This document shows positions 61,822-64,000 of a DNA stretch of 64,000 bases, piece after piece. Numbering within the stretch: position 1 is the first letter of the stretch; the number at the start of each line of letters is the position of its first letter. The notes under the pieces are model-generated. The model did no database searches. It was not told where the DNA came from and saw only the letters and a list, made by a program, of their open reading frames with translations. The position numbers and the translations under genes were made by a program. The DNA comes from Candidatus Poriferihabitaceae bacterium (GTDB lineage Bacteria > Pseudomonadota > Gammaproteobacteria > Arenicellales > Poriferihabitantaceae), in the NCBI GenBank assembly GCA_965221795.1, contig OZ244914.1, forward strand, positions 303,180 to 367,179, given 5' to 3'.

Positions 61822-63085
61822 CTAGTACATCGTATCATTGATTCGCTGACATATATTCCGGCATCGGCCTGTCGCAGGGCTTCCAGCGGAACGGCACCGG
61901 TTCCGCGTTCATTTCCTCGATGCCCAGGAGGATGCGCCGGCGCAGCTCGTCCAGCGAGCCGACCCGGATGTGCCGCAGGAAGGTCCGGGCCATCTTCGAG
62001 AACGCGACCTCGACCAGGTTCAGCCACGAGGCATGCACGGGCGTGTGCACATACTGGAACCGGCCTGGCCGGGCGGCCAGCCAGGCCCGGGTCTCCCTCG
62101 AGACATGCGAGGAGTGGTTGTCGAGGATGATGCGGATGGTCGCGCCTTCCGGATAGTGGGCATCGAGGCGCTCCAGGAGCCCGATGAACTCCCGGCTGCG
62201 GTGCCGTCTCTCGACATTGGCGATGATCTCCCCGGTGTGCAGGTCCAGCGCGGCCAGGATCGACAGGGTGCCGTGGCGCCGGTACTCGCAGTCCCGGGCC
62301 ATCTGCGGATGCCGGCCGGGAACCGGAGGCCGGTCCGGGGCGCAGGTGCCCAGCGCCTGGATGCCGGGCTTCTCGTCGACGCTGACGCGGTACACTTCGG
62401 GTTCGCCGGCAGCACCGGGCGATCCGGGGCTTTCCGCCTGCAGGGCGACCTCCCGGTAGACCATCAGCACCTCCGCTTTCTTCTCCTCGAAGTCCGGATC
62501 CCGCTTCGGAAGGGAGTAGCGGACCCGGTGCGGCTTCAGTTCATGTTCGTCCAGGATCCGCCACACCGTCATCTTCCCGGCCTTCGACAGGCGCGGAAAG
62601 CCCGCCTCCTGCGCCTGCTCCCGGACCTGCCGGGCCAGCGCCGACAGCGTCCACATCTCGGCCGCCAGCCCCAGCTCCTTTGGCTGCCGGCAGGCCAGCC
62701 CCGCCACCCAGGCCTTCGCCTCGTCTCCAATCTCGGGCTCCCGGCCGCGCCGCGGCCGGTCACGAAGCGCCGCCTCCACGCCCGTGTCCACGGCCTTGTC
62801 GATGCACTGGTACACCGTCGGACGCGACACGCCAACCCTCCGGGCAATCTCCGCCAGCGGCATGCCCTCCTCATGGCGCAGCAGGATCCGCGCACGCTGC
62901 ACCTCGCGCATCGGGGCCGTCTGCGACCCCGCCAGGGTGCGCAGCATCGCACGCTGCTCCCCGCTCACGGCCAGGGCCGGCTTTTCCGTCTTTCGAGCCA
63001 TCCTGGCCTCCATCATTGATTCAGGGATGATCACCATAGGCGAAAACCCCTTTAATGTCAATGCATTCATGTTACTCTGTGTTAG
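61822..63085 (-). mobile_element. IS630-family insertion sequence, full length (about 1.26 kb), high GC
   Basis: It contains an intact transposase ORF. The left terminus CTAGTACATCGTATC is shared with the MITE-like copy, and the right terminus is diverged (..CTCTGTGTTAG). TA is present at both junctions. Confidence 0.8.
61835..63001 (-). CDS. IS630-family DDE transposase
   Basis: HTH region (MREVQRARILLRHEEGMPLAEIARRVGVSRPTVYQ) and DDE core (VSVDEKPGIQAL...ILDNHSSHVS...HASWLNLVEVAF). The start is taken at MARKTEKP, because the ORF-track start at 63112 lies outside the element. Confidence 0.85.
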   Translation of the reverse strand: MARKTEKPALAVSGEQRAMLRTLAGSQTAPMREVQRARILLRHEEGMPLAEIARRVGVSRPTVYQCIDKAVDTGVEAALRDRPRRGREPEIGDEAKAWVAGLACRQPKELGLAAEMWTLSALARQVREQAQEAGFPRLSKAGKMTVWRILDEHELKPHRVRYSLPKRDPDFEEKKAEVLMVYREVALQAESPGSPGAAGEPEVYRVSVDEKPGIQALGTCAPDRPPVPGRHPQMARDCEYRRHGTLSILAALDLHTGEIIANVERRHRSREFIGLLERLDAHYPEGATIRIILDNHSSHVSRETRAWLAARPGRFQYVHTPVHASWLNLVEVAFSKMARTFLRHIRVGSLDELRRRILLGIEEMNAEPVPFRWKPCDRPMPEYMSANQ

Positions 63086-63116
63086 TGTCACGTCACACAT
63101 GATATGTCGCATATAG

Positions 63117-64000
63117 TATGATAAATTCCCCGTCTGGTGGCAAGACGAGGGTCAACACAGGAAGCGCTATGCGGTGACGTTGGACGAATCGGAACGGAAC
63201 GAACTGACGGCGATCACGAGCCAAGGCTCGCATCGATCCCAGCAGGTGATCAACGCCCGGATCCTGCTCAACTGCGATGAGGGGGATGGCAATGACCGGC
63301 AGTTCACCGGGGAAGCCATCGCCGACATCCTGCGCATCAGCCTGCGCAAGGTGGACCGGGTGAAGAAGCGGTTCGTGGCGGAAGGTCTGGAGGCGGCGCT
63401 GGGCGGCCGCCCGGGGCGCCGGCCCACGTCTATCCGCAAGGCCGACGGCGAATTCGAGGCGCGCCTGGTGGCCCTGGCTTGCGGCGAGCCGCCGGCGGGT
63501 CACGGGCCATGGTCGTGGCGGCTGCTGGCCGACCGGGTGGTGGCACTCGGCTACCTCGACGCGGGATCCCATGAGACGGTGCGGCGGGTTCTCAAAAAAC
63601 GAACTCAAGCCCTGGCGGCGGGTCGGTGGGGTGATTCCGCCCCAAGGGAACGCCGAGTTGGTCGCCGCGATGGAGAAGGTACTGGATGGATACCGGCGCC
63701 CCGACGATGCCGCTTTCCCGGTGGTGTGCAGGGACGAGACCCGGCGCCAGTGGATCCACCAGACCCGGGCGCCGGTTCCCATGGGCCCGGGACGGCCGGC
63801 CGGCCACGACGACGAGTACCGGCGCGGTGGAACCGGCAATGTCTTCATGGCCACCGAACCCCTGGCCGGCCGGCGGATGACCCAGGTGACCGCACGCAGG
63901 ACCCGGACCGACTGGGCGCAGTTCCTGGCCGACCTCGCCGCACGCTACCGGGACGCCACTCGCCTCCCCCGGGTGATGGACCATCTCAACCCCCACCGGC
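63117..64000 (+). mobile_element. second, distinct IS630-family transposase gene, frameshifted and running off the window
   Basis: My manual translation gives RKRYAVTLDESERNELTAI...RRVLKK, then in the +1 frame NELKPWRR...VVCRDETR...GNVFMATEPLAGRR. The break is at the A6 run 63594-63599. No canonical start codon lies at the expected N-terminus, and the gene directly abuts the first IS630. Confidence 0.65.

Noticed and set aside
61970-63854. ORFs 61970..63019 (+, 349 aa) and 63093..63854 (-, 253 aa)
   Set aside because: They are antisense shadows of the two IS630-family transposase genes in high-GC DNA.

Overview
The window looks like a gammaproteobacterial-type chromosome of moderate GC. Conserved housekeeping blocks are gcvT-gcvH-gcvP-lipA, an aapJQMP-type amino-acid ABC transporter, an OmpR/histidine-kinase pair, rpsO-pnp, asd, serA-serC-DUF1015, hemA-prfA-prmC and lolB-ispE-tRNA-Gln-prs-rplY-pth-ychF. 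Two accessory regions interrupt them. Accessory region 1 (about 23.2-42.5 kb, between asd and serA) holds a decayed patchwork: an AAA-ATPase-like/PD-(D/E)XK gene, an ABC-type ATPase remnant, a high-GC frameshifted DUF4338-ISAs1 transposase, and a DUF1640-like protein with a 54-bp tandem-repeat expansion. It also holds a complete type II-C CRISPR-Cas locus, with cas9-cas1-cas2 on the minus strand, a predicted divergent tracrRNA upstream of cas9, and 81 copies of a 36-bp repeat. The two apparent arrays are one array. A 2,607-bp IS1595-family element carrying a DNA methyltransferase-HNH fusion sits inside a single spacer; it has 25-bp terminal inverted repeats and an 8-bp TAACAAAA target duplication, and excising it restores an exact 30-nt spacer. 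Several spacers form families that differ only at synonymous codon positions of the same decapeptide. Accessory region 2 (60.2 kb to the window end) contains a candidate phase-variable secreted-protein gene. It has a C23 tract between its ATG and its signal peptide and is currently out of frame. The gene is bracketed by an internally deleted IS630 derivative and a full IS630-family copy, and a second, frameshifted IS630-family element runs off the window. All calls rest on reading the sequence and ORF translations by eye; no database search was run.
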